A stretch of DNA of 64,000 nt. Source: Callorhinchus milii. Its lineage: Eukaryota. Positions within the stretch are counted from its first letter, which is position 1. Every line of letters begins with the position of its first letter. The stretch lies in contig NW_024704742.1 of NCBI RefSeq assembly GCF_018977255.1, positions 93,064,001 to 93,128,000 of the forward strand, given 5' to 3'. The position numbers were made by a program, and so were the translations under genes. Positions 1 to 10,439 of the stretch are shown here, piece by piece. The notes beneath the pieces are model-generated. The model saw nothing but the letters and a program-made list of their open reading frames with translations. It did no database searches and was not told the DNA's origin.

Positions 1-1299
1 CATAGTTTAGGCCGGCACCTTGGTTCCAACCCACAGCTCGGATGCCCAGCCAGCATTGTCAAGCACTTTTGAGACATCCTCCTAACATGAAAGGTGCTAC
101 ATAAGTGAAGATAATATTGACACTCCAGCGCAGTGCTGGCGGAGTGCTGAAACGTTGGAGGTATCGCCCTTCAGATGAGACGTTAATGAAGGCTCCGCCC
201 ACCTGTTCAGATCCCATGCGCGATTCAAAAGGACAGGAGATTCTCCTGGTGTCCTGGGCAACAATCCTCCTGATAAAAACTGATCATTTAATGGCTCTTT
301 GTCAGCAAGATTATCCATCCCGCTGCTTGTTTTAAGATAGCGAGTAGGGTGGTCTTACACGGACAAGCAGCAGGAAAGTTGCATTATGGTATTCGAGACA
401 AGTAAATTTCATTTCTACGTGGCGTATTATATGTGGAAATCTCAGACATGTTTAGATATTCTTAAGTATGTTGATGGGTTGCTACATGTGTCAGATACAC
501 GACTGTCCAACACAAATACAGTAGTTGATTGGTAATAATATTGTTATCAGATTCGTCCTTCAAACTATTTAAATTATTACACTTAATCCATTATTTACAT
601 ACGTCTTTGCACCTGAAGACTTTCCTCTTCGACCATGCCCATGGTCACTTCTCCCTCTCTCTCCCGGACTCAGCGTCAAGATAGGTCGTTGTTCAGTGCT
701 CCGAAAATCTACCTCGTGTGAATAGCATTACATAAATGCAAGATGTTAAAATTCAAAAGTGAATTCACTGCAACATTTTGTATATGTTAGGGGGTGTATA
801 AGAAAGGAAACAAGAGTAATAATCTTGGTACAGGTGGTCAGTCAGTGATACAGTTACATCCTAGGGGCTCAAACACTTCCATGTGTTGTGACATACAAAA
901 CTGGCTCAACAATGTGACCTGTATTGTGCATACACATCAAGATTTATCAGTAAATCCAGGGTGTGCTGACCGAACTCACCAGTACCTCTCGGTGCCTGAG
1001 TTCACCAGTATCTTAGTAACATTTACGTCTTGTCACTAGTCTAAATTCTTGAGCTTACAGTCAGCTTTGCCAATCCAGAGAGAGATAAAGAAATCTGTAT
1101 GTAGCAAATAATTTGTACATTTCAACACAAAGTCAAAAATAAAATCAGGGCAAAGGATGAATTTTATTAATTAGCTTTTTTTTTTACTGAAATCATCTTC
1201 CCTCCAACACTTTTAATTTGATCATACTTTGCTTACTTCCATTCCTTTCTTCCCCAAATTTAATTTCTATCTCTTAATTTCTATCCCTCTTTTTTCCTC

Positions 1300-1765
1300 T
1301 CTTGGGTTCAACTCTTCCAACCACAAACTGCAGATTATTCAGAACTCTGCAACTTTTGTGCTTTCTGGCACCAAAATCCATAAGCCCATCACCCCAATCC
1401 TCGTCTGGCTCCACATGCCCAGAGGAGAGTTCAAGATCCTTGCCTTCCCTTTTACAACTCTCCACTGTCTTGCTCCCCCACCTCTGCGACATTACCAACC
1501 TGCCCGTTCCCCCTGCTCATCAAGCACTTTGCTGTCCCATTCTCTGGAACTTTATCAAGGAGTCTTTTTGCCTCGCCCCTTCCCTCACTTCCTTCAAGGT
1601 CATCTCAAGATCTTCCTATGTGATTATGCATCGGTCATCTTACCACCCCAACCCCCCAACCCCTTGAATCCAACCCCCATCTTTGGTGGAAACCCCCGAC
1701 TATCCTGCGCCTTGGAATATCCTCCCAACGTGAAGGGTGCTATACAAATACAATTTGTTGTGCTG
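1300..1765 (+). mobile_element. L2-type LINE 3' fragment (old)
   Basis: KLQIIQNSA...ITPIL..LH..FKIL motif and tail GGTGCTATACAAATACAATTTGTTG. Confidence 0.8.
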
Positions 1766-2884
1766 GGATAATACAACCACAGGAGCCTGTCAACCTCCGA
1801 TATGGATTATATATCCGATAATCCTCATCATTGAGGCCCAGGAGAGATCTTGTTCAAGTAAAATAATATCTTTACATTTGGTATAGTTCCTTCCTTATAA
1901 GGAGGACATTACAGGTGTGTGGAATAAGGACATTTGCCCAACATTTTGCCCTGAATCAAACCCAGGTCTCTTGCTTGCGAGGTGAATGCTCTAACCACTG
2001 AGCAACAGGACTCTATAAATGAGGGGTTAGTTAAGCTAACACCTCATTATTTAATGCAGTAAAAAAATAGAAAATGGGGACAGGAATTTAAGATCAAATG
2101 AATAAAGGTGAACGGTTGAGATTTGATTACATTTCATAAAGAACAGTAAATAGGTTGAATGGAATGGGCTATGCAGGGTAGCAGAGTCAGCAAATTCAAG
2201 GGGAGCTTAGATATTTGGCGAAGTATTCAACTGAAAGCTTGAGAGTTATAGTATTGGATTTATTTCAAAATGCTTTTTACTTTGGGAATATTCTAATGGG
2301 ACCACAATGGCCTTGTCCAGTCCTGTAGATTGCCATTTTACCTGAATTTAATATCAAAGAGGCAATTAATTCTGCCTTTAAAATGACTGGATCAATTAAA
2401 GCGTTTAGCCTTACACTGCAACTATTGCCAATTTTCTAGAAATCAACTGACATCAAATAAAGAGCACTGTAAAACAAGAGAATAGATATCAAATTGGTTT
2501 ATAAATATTAATCTCAATCTGACACTTAGAGGGAAACATGAAAATAAAAGATTATCAAGATTAAAATGTCTTTAATAAAAATGCAGTAAAAATACATTTT
2601 ACAATTATACAGCCTAAATATTTACTCATTGCTATGATATATACAACAGTTTAGAGGAAATATTTCAAAATATGCAGCAAATAAATTATTTATAATTGCA
2701 TAGCTCACTACTTTTCATCTAATTACAAAGTTTAATTTCTTAAGAACAGAATGTAAACCTAAAGCTTCTTTTTATTTGTTACAAGTTCTGTTCTAACTTT
2801 CAAATATATATTCAAGTGTCATGGGCTTTTTGTACATATCCATCTCCAACAATTTATGCTTACAATATAATTCATATTCCATTC

Positions 2885-3056
2885 TCAATCAGCTACAAAA
2901 TTCTGGAAAACATCTCCCACCTCCATCCAATTCCTGAAGCACGACAAGCCATGATCACGTATTTGTTTACGGCCTTTGTCGGTGATGACATCCCCATTCT
3001 CTTTCACAATCACTAGCTTTGGTAAAGCTGTAATGCTGTATCTATTCTTCAATTCA
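2885..3056 (-). CDS. NXNL2: Nucleoredoxin-like 2, coding exon 2 (terminal)
   Basis: Acceptor TTCTTTTGTCAG|T. The join with exon 1 gives DPYK-H-ELKNRYSITALPKLVIVKENGDVITDKGRKQIRDHGLSCFRNWMEVGDVFQNFVAD*. Total CDS 296+172=468 nt = 155 aa plus stop. Confidence 0.95.
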
Positions 3057-4729
3057 CTGACAAAAGAACAGCTCATATTAGTGAAATAGAAAGAGTACAC
3101 AATACCCTTTTCAACTTGATTTCTGCTAATTACAACTCTTTCTTGCCCATTTCTGTACGCTGCACACGAATAATGTACATGTCAATATATTCCCTTGCAA
3201 ATTAATAATTCTACTTTAGAGGTTGTCATGTAAACCTAATACAAAACTGCCTGGCCTTCAGCCAAATACGATTCTTGACCAAAAATGGCAAGAAAAGCAA
3301 TTCAGTGCAAAGCTGCAAAATTGCTTTAAATAAATTGCCCTTACAGGGAGATGCACTCAGGTGGTACAAAATATGTAAACTTACCCTTCTGATGGTACTC
3401 TTTCCTATGGGTCAGAAGGTTATGGATTTATATCCCGCTCAAAAATTTAGCTTAATCCAGATAATGGAATACCTGGGCAAGTGGTGCACTTTTGGAGATG
3501 TCATCATTCAGATGAGACATTAAATAAACTCCCATCTACCTTTTGAGAAACTATAACATCTTGATAACAGAAGGGCATTTCTGCCAGTGTCGCAGCCTCC
3601 AGATAACTCAAGATAAACCGATCATTTACTTCATAACTGTGTGTGGGACTTTGTTATGCACAAATTGGCTACCAACTTGCCTACCAATACAGTTTGTACT
3701 CTTGACAGCAATTCTCTGTGAAGCACTTTTGAGATGCTTCAACATCATTGGCAATATACTAAATATAAGGATTAAAATATCTCAGATAGAATTCAGAGCA
3801 AATAACATATGGGGACTTAAAAACAAATGTCAAAAATGATATTAAAAAGCTTCTGCTGTCATTGTATAGCAAATTAAAGATATTGTGCAATCACTCTATA
3901 ACCTGAAAGCTGAGATCCATGAAATCCCAGCGTAACAATAAGGTGTAAAACCTGATTTCACTGAGCAATGTCAGCGGTGCTGGATGTCGCAAGGCACTGG
4001 ACAGTTAAAGGTTTGCACCTGAGTTGTGGATTGGAATCAAGAGGGGAGGAGGATAGGGGGCTGGGAAGGTGGCCGAAACACGATTAAAGAGCAAAGTCTT
4101 AACACGGCCTTGATGGAGGCAAGGGAGGGAGTTAAGTGGAGTGATAGAGATTCCAGGATGGAGTTCCAGAGGGTGAAGGCAGAAAAGCTGAAGGCCCAAC
4201 CCTCAATGGTAGAGGGAAGGGCAGGGATCGTGAAGCAAGCCAGTACCTGCCAAGCAGAGAAAGTGGATAGGTTGGTATGATGTTAATACGTCACAGAGAT
4301 TTTAACTGCTTAAACTCCAGCAGTACCACGAAGCTTGGCTCTTACCTACCTGCACCTAATAATTTCCAGAATTAGCTAAGTAGGGTGCCAAGGAGAAAAT
4401 ATTCATGGAAAATGTCCATGGCTTTGTGGAATTCTGTGTGGTTTGGATACTCCTAAGCATGGTGATAAATTTCCACATGCGTCAGAGACTCCCATCTGAC
4501 CAACTCAGTTAGTAACATTTGCAGAGACGGAGGTTAATGGTCAACTGATCTCATAGTCCAGAATGATATTCCAACTCAGTACCAAGAGAATGCTGTACAG
4601 TCAGAATGAGCCATTAAAGGAAGGTTCTACCTACCTGCTCAGGTGGACATTCAATTAAAAAAAATGGTCATTCACTTCATACATTGCAAAACAAGATTCA
4701 TTGAGAAGTGAATGTTGTTTTGTGGCTGA

Positions 4730-6450
4730 CAACAACAACTTGCATTTATATAGCGCTCTTCATGCAGGGTAGCGTCCTGGAGCTCTTGACAGTGGTGGAG
4801 TATGACCGAGCCAGGGGGAGAGGGAGGGGAGAGGTGACCATAAGCACAATCAAAAAGGAAGGTCTTTAGTCGGGATTTGAATGTGGGGAGGGAGCGGGCA
4901 AGCGGAGGGATTGAGTTCCATTGTTTCAGGGTGTAGTAGCTGATGGTGGAGTGAAGGCAATGAGGGACAAACAGAAGGTGAGCCGAGTGGAGGCAGCGGG
5001 TGGTGGAGTGGAGGATAAGCAAATCGGATAGGTTGGGAGGTACGAGGGCATGAAGGAAGTTAAAAAATGAGTGAAATGATCTTGAAATCAATTTGTTCGG
5101 TAATTGGGAGCCAGTGAAGCCTAGGAAGGACTGGGGTGATGGGGTACGGAGTTTAATGCAGGCCACGGTTGAATTTTTGTATGGTGGAGCTGGGGAGAGC
5201 TTTGGAATAATCCAGCCGGGAAGTGACAAAGGCATGGATGAGGGTTTCGGCTGCTTTGGTTGTGAGGTATGCATAGAAACGGACAATGTGACAGAAATGG
5301 AAAAAAGCAGTCCTGGCCAGGGAACGAATATGGGAGAGAAAGGAAAGCTGGGGATCTAATCTGACACTTAAGTTGCACACGGGTTCGGTGAGTCTGTGGG
5401 AAAGCCTGGGGAGGTTGAGGAGTTCAGACCCACGGGAAAGAAAACGTTGACAGAAGCTAAAGAGTATGGCTTCCATCTTGACGACATTCAGCTGCAGGAG
5501 ATTTGCTTTCATCCAGGCCTTGATGTCCGTCAAACAAACAAGCTGACAAGACATCAGCGGACTGGGAGTCACAGTTGGAAAAGAAGTAGATTTGGGTGTC
5601 ATCTGCATACGTGTGGAAGTTGACTCCATGTCTGTGGATGACATCGCCGAGAGGGAGCGTGTAGATAAGGAAAGGAAGGGCGCCAAGGATGGAGCCTTGG
5701 GGTACCCCGCAAGCAGGGGCGGGAGGAAAAAACATTTATATTGTTACTGGTTTGTTAAGTAGGACTCAAGCCAAGCGAATGCAGTCCCACTAAGGTGGAT
5801 GAGGGAGGAGAGGCGGTGGAGGATGGCGTGATCGACTGTCGATTCCAACGGAGAGGTCCAGGGGAACAAGGAGGCAGAGGGAGTCCTGGTCACAGAGAGA
5901 GAGGACAACATTTGTTACTTTGAAGAGTGCTATCTCTGTGCTGTGGGCAGATTGAATACCAGAGGAGGGTTTGAATAGGGAATGTAGGGACAGATGTGAG
6001 AGAAGTTGATTTGCAATGACACTTTCCAAATCTTTGGCCAGGAAGGGCAGGTTTGAAATGGGTCTGAAATTTATAAGATTGGAGGAATTCAGGATAGGAT
6101 TTTTAAGAAGAGAAGTGATGACAGCAGTATTGAGGGGTAGTGGGAAAGAACCTGAGGAGAGGGACTAGTTGGTTATGTCAACCAGCAATGGGCAGAGGAA
6201 GGGGAGTTGAGTGACCAGAAGCTGGGTGGGTAGGAGGTTGAAGCAGCAGGTGCTGGGCTTCATCTGGGTGATGGTGGTGGGCAAAGGAGTGTGGGGTGGA
6301 GGCAGTGGTAGGAAAGGGTGATGAAGGAGGCATGGGGGGGGCATGGTTGTAGGCGATATGGGGGCGTTGGATGAGGAAGCAGCCAGGCGTATGTTATCTA
6401 TCTTGGAGATAAAGAAGTCTAGGACCTCTTGACACTTGGCATCTGAAGTG
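4730..6450 (-). mobile_element. L2/CR1-clade LINE, 5'-truncated and decayed, in the NXNL2 intron
   Basis: RT motifs [17 protein letters not shown] and SRLDYS across frameshifted ORFs; (TTG)n tail at about 4730-4740. Confidence 0.92.
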
Positions 6451-6576
6451 ATGCCTGTCTCGCTCCCGAAATACAGATATCCACTTTACAGTATATCCCG
6501 TGAAGCGCGTTGAGACGTCTCGACGACATGAAAAGGCACTATATCAAATGCAAGGCTTATTATTATTACTACTTAC

Positions 6577-6872
6577 TGTTTGTAGGGGTCCATCCAGGGC
6601 AGTGCCAGCCAGTCGCCGTGCATGTTCTGCATGTACTCCAGCATGTCCTCGATGCTCTTGTCGGAAGATATGAAGACAATCTCAAACTGAACAGACGAGC
6701 TGTTCTCCACCAGCTCGGTGTAAAACTCGCACAGGATGGGGGTGAAGTCCAGGCAGGGCGGGCACCAGCCGGCCGAGAAGAACAGACCCACGATCTTGTT
6801 CCTGAGCACCTCGTCCGTGTCCACCGCCTCGTTCGCCCTGTTGATCAGCATGCGTCCCGAAAACACGTCCAT
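6577..6872 (-). CDS. NXNL2: Nucleoredoxin-like 2 (RdCVF2), coding exon 1
   Basis: Translates MDVFSGRMLINRANEAVDTDEVLRNKIVGLFFSAGWCPPCLDFTPILCEFYTELV...GDWLALPWMDPYK, a thioredoxin-like fold matching the NXNL2 N-terminal half (human ...LQNKVVALYFAAARCAPSRDFTPLLCDFY...). Ends at phase-2 donor CA|GTAAGT (GT at 6576-6575). Adjacent to SPIN1 as in human. Confidence 0.95.
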
Positions 6873-7599
6873 CCTCGCTCTGCGGCAAAGGGTGCCTGGT
6901 CGGCTCTCCGCGCGGCTTCTCCCTGATCCTATCTCTGTCAGAGGTTGCTCGGCTATCAGCTGAGCCGGCAGTCAGCAGAGGGTTTCCTGAGCAGCCTCCG
7001 GCAGCCGCCTTCGCTCACTTCTGGTGATGTTCAATAACAACAGCAACAAATTGCATTTATAAGGTGCCTTTCACGTGGGGTGGGTGGGGTGGTGGGGGTG
7101 GAAGGTCTCTCTCAATTACTCCAATGGTGTTCACTCCAACCAGGGGAGGGCTTGGTTAGGAATTTCAAGACACAGTTTGCAGCCCAAAGTCACAGCCCAA
7201 AGACTAAGGCTGATATTTGTGCGTCGGCTCCTGGTGGGTGGGAGCAGAGCCGCAGATTTAGGTCAGGGGTTTTCGAAACTGTTAAGAAAAGGCCTTTGAA
7301 GGTAACAGAGAGAGAGAGAGAGAGACACACACGCGCACAAAATACACGGGGTTTTTTTTTTGCAGGGGTTTAAAATGTCAAATAAATAAAAATTAGGCAC
7401 CGGCCCCAAACAGCACCGACTCCCACCCAAACGCTCGTGGTTTGAAACTTCAGGAAACCGCTTCCCGATCCCATCCGCGAGCAACACAACACAGCGCCTT
7501 AACACCAAGTCACCCGCACCTCCCTCCCCCGCCCCTCCCGAGGGGGGTTAATCCCTTTATAAAGGGATTTGACCAGAATCAGCCGCCTCCCGGGCAGCA

Positions 7600-8178
7600 C
7601 AGCCCGAGCCCCGGGGGAGAGAGAGAGAGAGGGAGGGTCCCGGCACACCCCGAGCCCCGGGGGAGAGAGGGTCCCGGGCACACCCCGAGCCCCGGGGGAG
7701 GGAGGGTCCCGGCACACCCCGAGCCCCGGGGGAGAGAGGGTCCCGGGCACACCCGAGCCCCGGGGAGAGAGGGTCCCGGGCACACCCCGAGCCCCGGGGG
7801 GAGAGGGTCCCGGGCACACCCCGAGCCCCGGGGGAGAGAGGGTCCCGGGCACACCCCGAGCCCCGGGGGAGAGAGGGTCCCGGGCACACCCCGAGCCCCG
7901 GGGGAGAGAGAGAGGGTCCCGGGCACACCCGAGCCCGGGGGGAGAGAGAGAGGGTCCCGGGCACACCCCGAGCCCCGGGGGAGAGAGGGAGAGAGGGTCC
8001 CGGGCACACCCCGAGCCCCGGGGGGGGGAGAGAGGGTCCCGGGCACACCCCGAGCCCCGGCGGAGGGAGGGTCCCGGGCACACCCCGAGCCCCGGGGGGG
8101 AGGGTCCCGGGCACACCCCGAGCCCCGGGGGGAGGAGGGTCCCGGGCACACCCCGAGCCCCGGGGGAGAGAGGGTCCC
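7600..8178. repeat. GC/CpG-rich minisatellite, about 33-40 bp unit GAGGGTCCCGGGCACACCCCGAGCCCCGGGGGA(GA)n, about 16 copies
   Basis: Read directly. Unit length varies through the (GA)n/G tract. Explains the low-complexity ORFs at 7442-8319. Confidence 0.97.
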
Positions 8179-8269
8179 GATGATACCGGGAGGGTCTCGA
8201 GCGGAGGTGACGCGACACTGGGGCGCGGGGGATTTTTGAAACGACCTCGCGCCCCCTCCTTTCCAACCG

Positions 8270-9762
8270 TCACTAGACCCCGCCCCCTCACTGACCCACA
8301 CTAGGCCCCGCCCCCTCACTGACCCACACTAGACCCCGCCCCCTCACTGACCCACACTAGTCTCCGCCCCCTCACTGACCCACACTAGTCTCCGCCCCCT
8401 CACTGACCCACACTAGTCTCCGCCCCCTCACTGACCCACACTAGTCTCACCCCCCTCACTGACCCACACTAGTCTCCGCCCCCTCACTGACCCACACTAG
8501 CCCCGCCCCTCACTGACCCACACTAGTCTCCGCCCCCTCACTGACCCACACTAGTCTCCGCCCCCTCACTGACCCACACTAGACCCGCCCCCTCACTGAC
8601 CCACACTAGCCCCGCCCCCCTCACTGACCCACACTAGGCCCCGCCCCCTCACTGACCCACACTAGTCTCCGCCCCCTCACTGACCGACACTAGTCTCCGC
8701 CCCCTCACTGACCCACACTAGTCTCCGCCCCCTCACTGACCCACACTAGTCTCCGCCCCCTCACTGACCCACACTAGTCTCCGCCCCCTCACTGACCCAC
8801 ACTAGACCCCGCCCCCTCACTGACCCACACTAGTCTCCGCCCCCTCACTGACCCACACTAGTCTCCGCCCCCTCACTGACCCACACTAGACCCCGCCCCC
8901 TCACTGACCCACACTAGCCCCGCCCCCTCACTGACCCACACTAGACCCCGCCCCCTCACTGACCCACACTAGACCCCGCCCCCTCACTGACCCACACTAG
9001 ACCCCGCCCTCTCACTGACCCACACTAGTCTCCGCCCCCTCACTGACCCACACTAGTCTCCGCCCCCTCACTGACCCACACTAGACCCCGCCCCTCACTG
9101 ACCCACACTAGTCTCCGCCCCCTCACTGACCCACACTAGTCTCCGCCCCCTCACTGACCCACACTAGTCCCGCCCCCTCACTGACCCACACTAGTCTCCG
9201 CCCCCTCACTGACCCACACTAGACCCCGCCCCCTCACTGACCCACACTAGTCTCCGCCCCCTCACTGACCCACACTAGTCTCCGCCCCCTCACTGACCCA
9301 CACTAGTCTCCGCCCCCTCACTGACCCACACTAGTCTCCGCCCCCTCACTGACCCACACTAGTCTCCGCCCCCTCACTGACCCACACTAGTCTCCGCCCC
9401 CTCACTGACCCACACTAGTCTCCGCCCCCTCACTGACCCACACTAGTCTCCGCCCCCTCACTGACCCACACTAGCCCGCCCCTCACTGACCCACACTAGT
9501 CTCCGCCCCCTCACTGACCCACACTAGACCCCGCCCCCTCACTGACCCACACTAGACCCCGCCCCCTCACTGACCCACACTAGTCTCCGCCCCCTCACTG
9601 ACCCACACTAGACCCCGCCCCCTCACTGACCCACACTAGACCCGCCCCCTCACTGACCCACACTAGACCCCGCCCCCTCACTGACCCACACTAGACCCCG
9701 CCCCCTCACTGACCCACACTAGTCTCCGCCCCCTCACTGACCCACACTAGACCCCACTGAAC
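8270..9762. repeat. 28-bp minisatellite TCTCCGCCCCCTCACTGACCCACACTAG (variants TAGACCCCGCCCC), about 53 copies
   Basis: Read directly. Head-to-tail with no unique spacers; strongly C-rich on +. Confidence 0.98.
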
Positions 9763-10439
9763 CGGAATATGTTTGATCCTAATATTGTCCCAATAACACC
9801 ACTGACATCCATAGTGTGTTGAATGCTACACATAAAAACATAGAATTTTTCAGCATATAAGGTTATGTAGCCATTGGGTCTGTGCTTTTCGTACTGTAAT
9901 TAATACCCTTTATTAATTAATCCCACAATAATAGATAATAAATATCAATAATTGTTGAATAATTGTTAATCCTTCGAATGAGACATTAAACCGAGGTCCC
10001 GTCTGCCTGTTCAGATGGATGTCAAAGATCCCATGGCAGTGTCAAAAAGAAAAGGGAGTTTCTTCTGGGGTTCTGACCAACAAACCCCCAAATAAAATTG
10101 GTCATTCACTTCACGTGGAACATTGCTTTGCGCAATTTGGCTGCAAGGATTATTTATTATTATTAATTATCATTATACCTCCAACGACTTTTCTTTCAAG
10201 TTTTTCTTCAAAACAAAAACTGAGAGCAAGGCAGGTAAACTTGAATGTTGTACCAGTTTTAAACAATTTACTGATAAAGGAGAGAAAAAAAAACTTATTT
10301 CCAATTATACACAATAGAATGACAAGGTGACAATTAATATATTAAAAGTTGCAATCAACATCACTGAACATTTCAGGAAATTATGTCTTATCTTAGTTTG
10401 GTGTAACACTGCCCCTCCTCCCCTTTCAGAGCCTAAATC

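Noticed and set aside
6510..6963. Antisense ORFs over NXNL2 exon 1
   Set aside because: Shadow ORFs of a GC-rich coding exon; one begins inside a SINE.
7442..8319. Five overlapping 200-265 aa Pro/Gly/Arg-rich ORFs
   Set aside because: Artefacts of a stop-free GC-rich minisatellite.
8270..9762. CRISPR-like array of 28-bp repeats
   Set aside because: Units are head-to-tail with no unique spacers, there are no cas genes, and the context is a vertebrate genome.
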